DNA of 64,000 nucleotides, taken from Verrucomicrobiota bacterium (lineage in GTDB: Bacteria > Verrucomicrobiota > Verrucomicrobiia > Methylacidiphilales > JBCCWR01). Location: positions 7,755-71,754 of the forward strand of contig JBCCWR010000001.1 in the NCBI GenBank assembly GCA_039193385.1. Direction: 5' to 3'. The first letter of the stretch is position 1. Each line of letters starts with the position of its first letter. A model generated the notes under the pieces. It ran no database searches, was not told where the DNA came from, and saw only the letters and a program-made list of their open reading frames with translations. The translations under genes and the position numbers were made by a program. Below are positions 55,448 to 64,000 of this stretch, in pieces.

Positions 55448-56668
55448 TTGCTTCTTATGGATGCCAAAGAACGTCAGCAAAAAACATTTTACTATGACCG
55501 CTGGCGCGCTTTGTGTGCGGGTATTATTGAGACCATGCCGTCTAGTTTCATCCTTATCATCGCCATTCGCTACTTTGATGCGGATGATGCCATCCAAGGT
55601 TTGTTGGCCACTACATGGGCTTTTGGTCTATTACTAAGTCCTTTTTCGGTAGCGATGATACGGCGTTTTCATTTAAAACCGACACAAGGCTCGGCTATTT
55701 TGGCTTCGATCATGGGCTTTTCGTTTCTCGTTGCCTCTCTATTTCCCAACCTGTGGATCTATACCACTTGCTGCTTAATAGGAATTAATTCTGCCACGTT
55801 GGCGGTTCCTCTTATGACTGAAACCTATGAGCAAAATTATCAACGCAAGATGCGTGGGCGTCTTTTTTCCTGGTCTATCATGATCAAAGTTGGCACGACG
55901 GGAATTTTTGCCTGGGGCGTAGGTAAATGGCTGACGGATGATATTTCAAGGACACCTATGTTCTTATTTGTATTGTCTGCCGCTTCGTTTTTTTCAGCTT
56001 ATTGTCTCTCTCGCTGCCCATCGGAGAAAATTCGTCAAAGCTCCAGCACGAATCCTTTTCAGGCCATACGCTTTCTTGGAGAGGATCGTCCGTTTCTTAT
56101 TCTCATCGTCAGCTGGATGTTCCTGGGTTTTGGCAATCTGATGATGATGCCATTGCGTGTCATCATGTTGGCTGAGGACCGCTATGGATTTGTCTATCCT
56201 ATTGAAACCATAAGTTTGCTTATCAGCATCGTTCCACCCCTAACTCAACTCTCGCTTAGTTTTTTCTGGGGACGTCTTTTTGATAAATTAAATATTTTTC
56301 AGCTGCGTATATTCATCAATCTCTTCTTTATTGCATCCCATGCTTGTTTCTTTTTTATCAATAATTTTATGGGCTTTTTGTTGGGCGGCATTTTACTAGG
56401 GGCAGCATTTAGCGGAGGAAATATAGCCTGGAGCTTATGGGTAACTAAAGTAGCACCGAAACATCAGGTAGCCGATTACATGTCGGTTCATACTTTTATG
56501 ACAGGCATAAGAGCTATAGCGGCTCCATTGTTGGCCGTTTATCTTGCTACAATGATAAGTATGCAGAATATCGCCTGGATGAGTTTGATCCTTATGTTCC
56601 TGGCTATGGTCATCCTTATTCCTGAAGCATGGACATTAAGCCAAGGTAAAAAGTCTGATAATGAGTAG
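55448..56668 (+). CDS. MFS transporter
   Basis: 406 aa with about 12 predicted TM helices. The start could instead be 55457. Confidence 0.7.
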   Translation: MLLMDAKERQQKTFYYDRWRALCAGIIETMPSSFILIIAIRYFDADDAIQGLLATTWAFGLLLSPFSVAMIRRFHLKPTQGSAILASIMGFSFLVASLFPNLWIYTTCCLIGINSATLAVPLMTETYEQNYQRKMRGRLFSWSIMIKVGTTGIFAWGVGKWLTDDISRTPMFLFVLSAASFFSAYCLSRCPSEKIRQSSSTNPFQAIRFLGEDRPFLILIVSWMFLGFGNLMMMPLRVIMLAEDRYGFVYPIETISLLISIVPPLTQLSLSFFWGRLFDKLNIFQLRIFINLFFIASHACFFFINNFMGFLLGGILLGAAFSGGNIAWSLWVTKVAPKHQVADYMSVHTFMTGIRAIAAPLLAVYLATMISMQNIAWMSLILMFLAMVILIPEAWTLSQGKKSDNE

Positions 56669-56683
56669 AGCCGAAATTAAAAT

Positions 56684-57871
56684 TTAATACGTCGGCATGT
56701 CTGGGTCGATATCTTCTGCCCAAGCATCAATGCCGCCTTCCAGTGCCCTGAGTTTTTTGAAGCCTGCTTGTTGAAGCTTGCGGTAGGCATCTTCCGTGCG
56801 TTGTTCACCTTTGCAGTAAATAACAATCTCATGTGCTGTATCAAGTTCGTGGATGCGTTTGGGTAGTTCATTGAGAGGTATGAGCTTAGCCTCGGGAATA
56901 TGGGCAATCTCATACTCATGCTGTTCACGTACATCCAGAATCACCAAAGAAGGATCATTCTTCTTTAGCTCGACTAATTCATCGGGCGTGACCTCAGGTG
57001 CGGTGAGGTGTTTCTGTTCTGGCTCATCAACCGGAGCCGTGCCACAGAACTGGTTGTAATCAACAAGTTCCGTGATGGTGGGATTTTCTCCGCAGATAGG
57101 ACAGTTTGGATCTTTGCGAAGCTTCATTTCCCGAAAACGCATTTTTAAAGCATCAAAAATAAGCAATCGACCTATCATCGGATCCCCAATGCCGCAGATG
57201 ATTTTTATAGTTTCGATGGCCTGTAAAACGCCAATCACTCCAGGGAGGACTCCGAGCACTCCGCCTTCTGCGCATGAGGGAACGAGACCTGGGTCGGGTG
57301 GTTCAGGGTAAAGGCAACGGTAGCATGGTCCCTTTTCTCCCCAGAAGACAGTGACCTGCCCATCGAAACGAAAAATGGAGCCATAGACGTTAGGCTTACC
57401 GAGGAGCACGCAGGCATCGTTGACCAGATAACGCGTAGCAAAGTTATCCGTACCATCAAGAATAACGTCGAAATCTTTGGCAATCTCCAGGGCATTATCA
57501 GAGCGGAAGGAGGTCTCAAAAGGAATAACATTAACATGCGGGTTAATGTCTTTCATAGTTTCAATAGCGGAAGAAACTTTCGATTTACCAACGTTAGAAG
57601 ATTTATGGATGATCTGTCGCTGCAGGTTGGTGGTATCCACCACATCGAAGTCGCACAAGCCGATATTACCCACGCCAGCTGCTGTCAGATAAGCTAGTAG
57701 GGGTGATCCAAGACCGCCGGTGCCAACCACCAATACCTTGGATGCTTTCAGCTTCTTTTGTCCTGAAAGAGTCACTTCCGGCATAATCAAATGACGACTG
57801 TAGCGTTTGACTTCTTCATTCGTCATGGTAATGCCGTCTACTCTATCTTCGATATCTGGTATAAAACTCAT
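56684..57871 (-). CDS. moeB: MoeB/ThiF-type adenylyltransferase with C-terminal rhodanese domain
   Basis: RYSRHLIMPEV..., VLVVGTGGLGSP, CxxC pairs (CYRC and CPIC), and a rhodanese-like tail (VILDVREQHEYEIAHIPEA...YCKGEQR). Confidence 0.85.
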   Translation of the reverse strand: MSFIPDIEDRVDGITMTNEEVKRYSRHLIMPEVTLSGQKKLKASKVLVVGTGGLGSPLLAYLTAAGVGNIGLCDFDVVDTTNLQRQIIHKSSNVGKSKVSSAIETMKDINPHVNVIPFETSFRSDNALEIAKDFDVILDGTDNFATRYLVNDACVLLGKPNVYGSIFRFDGQVTVFWGEKGPCYRCLYPEPPDPGLVPSCAEGGVLGVLPGVIGVLQAIETIKIICGIGDPMIGRLLIFDALKMRFREMKLRKDPNCPICGENPTITELVDYNQFCGTAPVDEPEQKHLTAPEVTPDELVELKKNDPSLVILDVREQHEYEIAHIPEAKLIPLNELPKRIHELDTAHEIVIYCKGEQRTEDAYRKLQQAGFKKLRALEGGIDAWAEDIDPDMPTY

Positions 57872-57984
57872 AATGGGGATAAATAACTTAGGATTATTTC
57901 TGCTGAGGTCAAGAATCCATGGTCAACATGTTTCCAGCATATAGGAAAAAAATAGTTCTTAATAGCAGAGAGAAATGATTGAAT

Positions 57985-58713
57985 TCACAGTTCTTTTAAA
58001 GAGTAACCTAAGCCGCGATGTGTTTTGATAGGGTCGGTATGCGAATGAATGGTGCGTAATTTGGCACGCAGTTGTTTGATGTGGGCATCAACCGTCCGGT
58101 CAAGACTGGCTCCTGGGTCTTCCCATATCTGAGTCATAAGCTCATCTCTGGAGTAGACCCGTCCGGGTCGTTTCATGAATAATGCCAGGAGACGGTATTC
58201 ATAGCGTGAAAGTTCCAGAGCTTCTCCCTTGTAGCTAATGCATTTGGCTGCTTCATCATGAACAAAAGAGAGGTTAGGATTTTCTGTTGGGGGCAGTGCT
58301 TGACTTTCTTTTCTCTGGGTCTTTTTCTGTAAATTTGTGCGGCGTAAAATAGCTTTGATGCGTGCGCAAAGTTCACGCGGACTAAAGGGCTTGAGTACAT
58401 AGTCATCCCCACCAATTTCCAGTCCTACAACACGGTCAATTTCATCACTACGAGCTGTAAGAAAAATAATAGCTACATGCCCATCTTTATCTGTACCTAA
58501 GGAGCGAATGTGTTGGCAGACTTCAAAGCCGCTTTGATCTGGAAGTCCGACATCCAGAACAACCAAGTCGAAAGACTCCGATTTAATTTTACCTAAAGCG
58601 TCTTCACCTGTTGTGCACCAAGTCGTATCAAAGCCGTCTGTTTGCAAGGCATAAGCAATATTTTCAGCAATAGGTGGCTCATCTTCCACGATGAGAATTT
58701 TGCGCTTAGGCAT
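57985..58713 (-). CDS. creB: OmpR-family response regulator, CreB-like
   Basis: LDVGLPDQSGFEVC, FLTARSDEIDRVVGLEIGGDDYVLKPFSPRELCARI and DRTVDAHIKQLRAKLR...THRGLGYSL track E. coli CreB as I recall it. Confidence 0.75.
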   Translation of the reverse strand: MPKRKILIVEDEPPIAENIAYALQTDGFDTTWCTTGEDALGKIKSESFDLVVLDVGLPDQSGFEVCQHIRSLGTDKDGHVAIIFLTARSDEIDRVVGLEIGGDDYVLKPFSPRELCARIKAILRRTNLQKKTQRKESQALPPTENPNLSFVHDEAAKCISYKGEALELSRYEYRLLALFMKRPGRVYSRDELMTQIWEDPGASLDRTVDAHIKQLRAKLRTIHSHTDPIKTHRGLGYSLKEL

Positions 58714-58762
58714 ACTTATTTATTAGAGAAACCTTACCTTCAGCTCAACTTGTAACTAGCAG

Positions 58763-59362
58763 TCAAATTTCTTTGCGGTCCTGTAATGCATGCGTGAGTG
58801 TCATAGCATCAGCAAATTCCAGAGAGCCGCCAACAGAAAGTCCCGTGGCTAAACGCGTTACCTTAATATCTATCTTTTTGAGATGATCAGCCAGGTATAA
58901 GGCGGTTGTTTCGCCACGAACATCCGCACTGAGGCCGATGATCACTTCCTTAACCTTCTGTTCCTCAATCTCACGCAAATGTCGTGGAATTTCAAGCTCC
59001 TCAGGTCCTATGCCGTCCAGAGGAGAAAGAGTTCCTCCGAGTACACGATAGACACCATTAAAATTTTCCGTGCGCTCAAAGGCCAGTACATCGGTGGCAT
59101 TTTCAACAATGCAGACGACGTGTTTAAGGCGTTTTTCATCCGCACATATTTCACAATTCGCTTCTTGCGTAAAGAAACCGCATTGAGGGCAAGGATGTAT
59201 CTTATTCTGAGCCTGGGTGATGGTCTCGGCGATATTTTGACCGAGACGTTTCTCATTCTTTATGATAAATAAAGCCAGCCGCTCTGCACTCCGTGGTCCT
59301 ACACTTGGTAAAGCGCGTAGGGCATCAATGAGATCTTGTAAGCATGGTGGGTAAGAGACCAT
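58763..59362 (-). CDS. recR: recombination protein RecR
   Basis: LPSVGPRSAERLA, a C4 zinc finger (CPQCGF...CEIC), and a Toprim domain. Confidence 0.93.
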   Translation of the reverse strand: MVSYPPCLQDLIDALRALPSVGPRSAERLALFIIKNEKRLGQNIAETITQAQNKIHPCPQCGFFTQEANCEICADEKRLKHVVCIVENATDVLAFERTENFNGVYRVLGGTLSPLDGIGPEELEIPRHLREIEEQKVKEVIIGLSADVRGETTALYLADHLKKIDIKVTRLATGLSVGGSLEFADAMTLTHALQDRKEI

Positions 59363-59449
59363 AAATCTTAATATCTAAATTAGATGACTTACTGCATTGG
59401 GCACGTGTGTCTATAAAGACAAAAATCTATACATAGTGCTCAACTTGAA

Positions 59450-59764
59450 TTAAAAGCCGAGACCGGGGATGTTTGGCATGTTTGCCGAGATTTTACTCAT
59501 TTGACTCTGCGCGTCTTTACGTGATGTAGCTAATGCTTCACGCACAGCGGTTAGAACGAGATCTTGAATCATCTCTGCATCACCTTCTGCGACAATGTCT
59601 GGAGATATAGTTAAATCTTTTAAATCACCTTCGCCGTTGACTATAGCTTTAACGGCTCCACCACCTGCTTCAGCTTCGTACGTTTTACTGGCCAATTCAG
59701 CCTGCATTTTCTGCATATCAGCTTGCATCTTCTGAGCTTGCTTCATTAATTTCATTGGGTTCAT
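59450..59764 (-). CDS. ybaB: YbaB/EbfC nucleoid-associated protein
   Basis: 104 aa. MKQAQKMQADMQKMQAEL...AGGGAVKAIVNG. Confidence 0.9.
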   Translation of the reverse strand: MNPMKLMKQAQKMQADMQKMQAELASKTYEAEAGGGAVKAIVNGEGDLKDLTISPDIVAEGDAEMIQDLVLTAVREALATSRKDAQSQMSKISANMPNIPGLGF

Positions 59765-59784
59765 AAGTTTCTTTGCCTTTTCTT

Positions 59785-61521
59785 TTAGGAGTTATTTTTT
59801 CGAATTTCTACAATTCTAGCATCAAAAATTTCTAACGCCTGCTTAATGAGTGGATCGTTAAGATAATCTTCTTCAGACAATACCTGCAAATCTTCTGTAG
59901 CAGATGTATTTGAAGTATCTTTTGTTGTGTTGTTTGGAGCAGCTACAACGTTTTCTTGTTTTTCAGGCTTCTCTTCTGTTTTACGAGGGACAAAATCAAT
60001 TTGTAATTCGATTTCACGTTCCAAAGCCGATCCAAGCGCTTTAGAGAGCTCGGCAGGCTTGGTAGATTTTAAAAGTGAGTCATAGAGCGCACGAGTCGCT
60101 GTCATAACCAAATTAAAATAGGGAGCTTCAAAAGACGTAAAATCACAACACTCCACATAACGGCGGAACGAAGCATCTTTCTCAATGAGACGTTTTGTTG
60201 CTTTGGTATAGGCTATCTTGGGATCAATTTGTTTTTCGTCAGAAGAAGCTGTCTCACGATGAGATGGTTCATCTTTAACCGCAGAAGGTGACGTTTTTTG
60301 ATTTGCGTAATTTACCGTGTGCTCTGGAGCAGCAGGGCGAGCCTTTTCTACCGGTCTTGTCTTAGGAGTTGCTGTATGCTGCGTATTAGCTGAATTTCCG
60401 GAAGTTAGTTCTTTTAGAACAGCTTCAAGGGATACCTTTTGTTTCTGCTGTGCCATACGGAGCATAGCAATCTCAAAGACAACATCCTTAACAAGGGCAA
60501 AGCGTAATTTTTCTTCGAGCCGCAAAAGTTCTTCAATGAAAGCCATGACTATCTCAACCGAAGGTATGGATTCCAGCTTTTTGAAATGTTCTAATTCATT
60601 AGCGTCCAACTTAGCAGCTTCTTCTTTATTGATTAAAAAAGTCAGCATGCTGCGGTAATAATGCATGATCTCCTTGGCTAGGCGTTCGCTATCTTTTCCT
60701 TTAGTTGTAAGCTCGCGAACCTGTTTTAAAGCGGATGAAGTATCACCCTCGGTTATTGCTTGAGCTAGGGCCCATACTTCTGATGCTCCTGTGAGACCAA
60801 AAACCTCCAGTACATCTTTTTCAGTGATTGTATTGCCGCAAAAACTGATCAATTGTTCCAAGGCTGATTCTGCATCACGCAGGCCACCTTCAGCATTACG
60901 AGCCAGGATCTTCAATGCGCTGGGCTCGATGTTGATTTTCTCTTTCTGGCAAATCATACCTAGATGTTGGGCAATGTCCTCTTCGGCTATGCGTTTTAGA
61001 TCAAAACGTTGGCAGCGCGATAAAATGGTGGCGGGAAGTTTATGCACCTCAGTGGTGGCAAAGATAAATTTTACGTGCGCGGGTGGTTCTTCAAGCGTCT
61101 TCAGGAGTGCATTAAATGCCGCAGTGGAAAGCATGTGAACTTCATCAATGACATAGATTTTGTATTGGCCGTTGGTCGGAGCGTATTGGACGTTATCGCG
61201 TAAGTCACGCACCTGTTCAACGCCGTTATTGGAGGCTCCGTCAATCTCTAATACATCCATGCAGCGTCCTTCGGAAATTTCTCTACACAGCGGATGTTCA
61301 GGATCAAAATCAATGCTTGGTCCTTCTGGCGCATTAAGAGCTTTGGCTAGAATACGAGCTGTGGAGGTTTTACCAATGCCTCGTGGGCCCACAAAAAGAA
61401 AGGCATGTGGTATGCGCCCCGTCTCAATCGCATTACGAAGTGTGCGGATGACATGCTGTTGCCCCACCACTTCACCGAAAGTTTGAGGACGATATTTCCG
61501 CGCAAGAACCTGATAACTCAC
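59785..61521 (-). CDS. dnaX: DNA polymerase III subunit gamma/tau
   Basis: YQVLARKYRPQTF, GPRGIGKTS, and the zinc module region. It sits in the usual dnaX-ybaB-recR order. Confidence 0.93.
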   Translation of the reverse strand: MSYQVLARKYRPQTFGEVVGQQHVIRTLRNAIETGRIPHAFLFVGPRGIGKTSTARILAKALNAPEGPSIDFDPEHPLCREISEGRCMDVLEIDGASNNGVEQVRDLRDNVQYAPTNGQYKIYVIDEVHMLSTAAFNALLKTLEEPPAHVKFIFATTEVHKLPATILSRCQRFDLKRIAEEDIAQHLGMICQKEKINIEPSALKILARNAEGGLRDAESALEQLISFCGNTITEKDVLEVFGLTGASEVWALAQAITEGDTSSALKQVRELTTKGKDSERLAKEIMHYYRSMLTFLINKEEAAKLDANELEHFKKLESIPSVEIVMAFIEELLRLEEKLRFALVKDVVFEIAMLRMAQQKQKVSLEAVLKELTSGNSANTQHTATPKTRPVEKARPAAPEHTVNYANQKTSPSAVKDEPSHRETASSDEKQIDPKIAYTKATKRLIEKDASFRRYVECCDFTSFEAPYFNLVMTATRALYDSLLKSTKPAELSKALGSALEREIELQIDFVPRKTEEKPEKQENVVAAPNNTTKDTSNTSATEDLQVLSEEDYLNDPLIKQALEIFDARIVEIRKNNS

Positions 61522-61692
61522 AGCGAGTGAAAATACCTTCCCGTTTGCAAATGAAAAGAGAATATAGGTAGCACTAAATATTTAGCTTTGTCTACATGGT
61601 CTGTATGTTTTTTCGTAGATATGAGATCTAAAAATCAATGATCTACATGTAACAGTTTTACATTCGGCCAAGGACTCACTATTTTCAGGGCC

Positions 61693-62274
61693 ATGATTCT
61701 CAACGATAAACAAATCACTGAACTCTCTGAAAAGGGTATGATCAAACCCTTTGAACCTAAACTTGTTCGCGCAGCCCAGCGTATACCACGTTTATCCTAT
61801 GGTCTCTCCAGTTATGGCTATGACCTACGTTTGTCACCTAAGGAATTTAAGATTTTCCGCCATGTGCCTGGCACAGTTATAGATCCTAAAGAATTTAATA
61901 CGCAGAACCTTGAGAAGACCCCTCTACATAAAGATACCAAGGGAGAATATTTTATTTTACCTGGTCGATCTTATGGTTTGGGCGTTGCTATTGAAGCACT
62001 GAATATGCCAACGGATGTTTCAGGTATTTGTGTGGGCAAGAGCACTTATGCCCGTTGTGGCATCATTGCTAATCTCACACCGGCTGAGGCTGGTTGGCGA
62101 GGCCACCTGACTTTGGAGTTTTCTAATTCTTCCGCCGCGGATTGCCGCATCTATGCAGGCGAGGGTGTGGTGCAAATGATTTTCTTCCGTGGTGAACCTT
62201 GTGCTACTTCGTACAAAGCTCGCAAAGGTAAATATCACGGTCAGGCTCAGCGCATCACTCTGCCGAGAGCCTGA
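61693..62274 (+). CDS. dcd: dCTP deaminase
   Basis: MILNDKQI...SYGYDLRL. 193 aa. Confidence 0.9.
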   Translation: MILNDKQITELSEKGMIKPFEPKLVRAAQRIPRLSYGLSSYGYDLRLSPKEFKIFRHVPGTVIDPKEFNTQNLEKTPLHKDTKGEYFILPGRSYGLGVAIEALNMPTDVSGICVGKSTYARCGIIANLTPAEAGWRGHLTLEFSNSSAADCRIYAGEGVVQMIFFRGEPCATSYKARKGKYHGQAQRITLPRA

Positions 62275-62316
62275 TTCGGCACTCGCATGTTTAGGTCAAG
62301 GTGAGTTCATACTAAA

Positions 62317-62332
62317 TTCACACTGAATTCAC
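62317..62332 (+). promoter_or_regulatory. cre-tag-like CreB operator TTCAC-N6-TTCAC upstream of creD
   Basis: An exact direct repeat TTCACactgaaTTCAC lies about 100 nt upstream of the creD ATG. It matches the published E. coli CreB consensus TTCACnnnnnnTTCAC. Confidence 0.55.
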
Positions 62333-62427
62333 TTTCGGTTCAAACATTTTTCATACATTTAGCAGATAGTCTTAATCAACGCTGCCTGGCTAGTGTCAGG
62401 TAACATAAAAAGATAGTTAAGATTATT

Positions 62428-63810
62428 ATGCAAAAAATTATATTTAAAGTTATCCTCGTGGGCTTTTTAGCCCTCATGCTGCTTATTCCACTATCTATGA
62501 TCCAGGAAGTGGTATCAGACAGGCAGAACTATCGTTATGAAGCTATGGAACAGATTGCCGCAAGCTGGACGGATCATCAGAATATGATCGGTCCTGTTCT
62601 GGTGTTACCATATAAAGAGCGTGTGCTCCTAAAAAATTGGGATGCCGACAAGAAAAAACTAATCGAACAAACGAAAGTTTACCAACGCTATACCTATGTG
62701 AATCCCTCCAAGCTTGATATTCAAGCAAATATTGAGACAGAAGAACGCTACATTGGGATTTATAAATTTCCTGTTTATCATTCAAAGATTGCTATAGATG
62801 GGAACTTTGAAATAACGAAGCGCTATGGCATTTCGCAGAATGTGGACATCGTCTCATTTGGAAAGCCTTATCTTGTCATTGGAGTCAATGATAAGCGAGG
62901 TATGACAAAGATACCCATTCTTCATTGGAATGAGACAGAGCAGGTCTTTTATCCTGGTGCAAACACGGACCTCGTTCGTAATGGTATTCATTCTATACTG
63001 CCTAAGGTTGATACAAGTATGGATCATAACATGAGCTTTCGTTTTCATGTGAACTTGCAAGGCATGTCATCTTTTGAAATCGTCCCCATAGGAAAATCGA
63101 ATAAAGTCAGCATAGTCTCGTCTTGGCCTCATCCTAGTTTTATAGGGCGATTCCCGCCCAAGAATCGTAAAATTTCACAAGAAGGGTTTCAGGCACAGTG
63201 GGAGGTTTCTCATTTTGCAACGCGTGTGTCAGAGTATTTTACAGAAAACAATACAAAGCTTTTTAATGAGCTTCTAGGTGAAACCGTCGGCGTACGTTTA
63301 ATTGAGCCAGTTGATATTTATCTTAAAGCAGAACGCTCAGTCAAGTATGGCATTCTCTTTATTGGGCTTACTTTTACCTTTTTCTTTCTCTTTGAGGTTC
63401 TCAAGAAACTAAAAATTCATCCAGTGCAATACGGACTTGTAGGTATAGCGCTTGCTTTATTCTTTCTGCTACTGGTTTCATTATCAGAGCATATTGCTTT
63501 TGCTCTGGCCTACAGCATTGCCAGTATCGTTTCTATAGCTCTGTTGAGTTTCTATATCAGCGGTATTCTCAAAAGCTGGCTTGTTGGTATGGGCTTCGGC
63601 ATGTTTCTAGGTATGATTTATGGCGTGCTCTATATATTGCTGCAGTCGGAAGATCATGCACTACTCATGGGATCCGCACTCCTCTTTACCGTGCTGGCTG
63701 TGATCATGATTGTTACTCGAAAAATCAATTGGTATGAAGCGGGAGATACTTTGAGTTTCAAAATCAAGAACCCGTTTGTTTCTATGACACACAATGATGT
63801 GAGCAGCTGA
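62428..63810 (+). CDS. creD: cell envelope integrity protein CreD
   Basis: 460 aa. It has an N-terminal TM helix, a large periplasmic domain, then about 5 C-terminal TM helices, with the conserved opening LLIPLSMIQEVVSDRQNYR. Confidence 0.85.
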   Translation: MQKIIFKVILVGFLALMLLIPLSMIQEVVSDRQNYRYEAMEQIAASWTDHQNMIGPVLVLPYKERVLLKNWDADKKKLIEQTKVYQRYTYVNPSKLDIQANIETEERYIGIYKFPVYHSKIAIDGNFEITKRYGISQNVDIVSFGKPYLVIGVNDKRGMTKIPILHWNETEQVFYPGANTDLVRNGIHSILPKVDTSMDHNMSFRFHVNLQGMSSFEIVPIGKSNKVSIVSSWPHPSFIGRFPPKNRKISQEGFQAQWEVSHFATRVSEYFTENNTKLFNELLGETVGVRLIEPVDIYLKAERSVKYGILFIGLTFTFFFLFEVLKKLKIHPVQYGLVGIALALFFLLLVSLSEHIAFALAYSIASIVSIALLSFYISGILKSWLVGMGFGMFLGMIYGVLYILLQSEDHALLMGSALLFTVLAVIMIVTRKINWYEAGDTLSFKIKNPFVSMTHNDVSS

Positions 63811-63837
63811 TAGGTGTGCCAATCACAGTGATCCTAA

Positions 63838-63874
63838 AAAACTCTCAGCTTCTTGCAGATGAGCTGAGAGTTTT
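63838..63874. terminator. perfect 13-bp hairpin, A-tract/T-tract flanked (bidirectional terminator candidate)
   Basis: AAAACTCTCAGCT (63838-63850) pairs with AGCTGAGAGTTTT (63862-63874) around an 11-nt loop. It lies 28 nt after the creD stop. Confidence 0.5.
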
Positions 63875-64000
63875 GTTTTGTCCATTTTTTCAAGTTGACG
63901 TGCCATCATGGAGAGACGAGGTTGGCTAGTAAAAAAGTCTCGATGTATATGGATAAAATTCCAAAAAAGCGCATCCCATGTTGTGGTCCATTTTCCTGCT

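Noticed and set aside
60283-60300. An A6 run in dnaX (CAA AAA ACG) with a -1 frame stop 6 codons downstream, as a possible gamma-subunit frameshift or slippage site.
   Set aside because: The run is not in X XXY YYZ phase, is shorter than known transcriptional-slippage tracts, and has no obvious downstream stimulatory hairpin. A nearby out-of-frame stop is expected by chance.
61522-61692. Looked for an SRP RNA (ffs) gene or other ncRNA upstream of dnaX, where ffs often lies.
   Set aside because: No SRP domain IV-like conserved motifs or extended helices could be found by eye in the 171-bp spacer. It is probably just the divergent dnaX/dcd promoter region.
63823-63999. A possible 3' end of a minus-strand gene at the window edge. 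One frame reads ..WDALFWNFIHIHRDFFTSQPRLSMMARQLEKMDKTKLSAHLQEAESFLGSL*, and an alternative frame ends near 63927.
   Set aside because: The fragment is under 60 codons with no recognisable motif. Two frames are open, and the longer one runs through the perfect 13-bp terminator hairpin. I cannot decide from this fragment.

Overview
The window is a mostly core chromosomal segment from a moderately AT-rich bacterium. Gene content suggests a PVC-superphylum marine heterotroph (Lentisphaerae or Verrucomicrobia-like): a sulfatase, DUF1080, a futalosine-type Mqn protein and a class Ic-like RNR. That taxonomic call is inference only. About 60 protein genes are supported. They include nrdB-nrdA, cinA-recA, dnaX-ybaB-recR, ctc-pth-rpsF-ssb-rplI, frr-pyrH, purB, argA, sthA, alr, dcd, rnhB-yraN, comM/yifB and bcp, plus two MCPs, two HDOD proteins, several two-component proteins and one tRNA(CAT). 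No rRNA genes, CRISPR arrays, transposases, integrases or phage modules were seen.

The most unusual structure is the 1.1-kb spacer between convergent bcp and comM. It holds a near-perfect 126-bp duplicate of the bcp 3' end and three copies of the comM 3' end with an adjacent 27-mer. It also holds a layered palindromic MITE-like element, and one intact plus one truncated GxxExxY (PD-(D/E)XK) gene lying between 18-bp inverted repeats. A related intergenic repeat of about 20-60 bp (core ATTGCNTNATGCGGGTTNAA) occurs nine times across the window.

Other notable points:
- NrdB has Glu and Leu at the class Ic signature positions, and paired NrdR boxes lie upstream.
- creB, creC and creD are unlinked, and an exact cre-tag lies upstream of creD.
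- A DUF2235 hydrolase carries a histone H1-like tail.
- One response regulator has a degenerate HD-GYP domain.
- A U32-family gene overlaps a small ferredoxin gene.
- A signal-peptide ORF is interrupted by an in-frame TAG.

All product calls rest on motif recognition by eye. No database searches were run.
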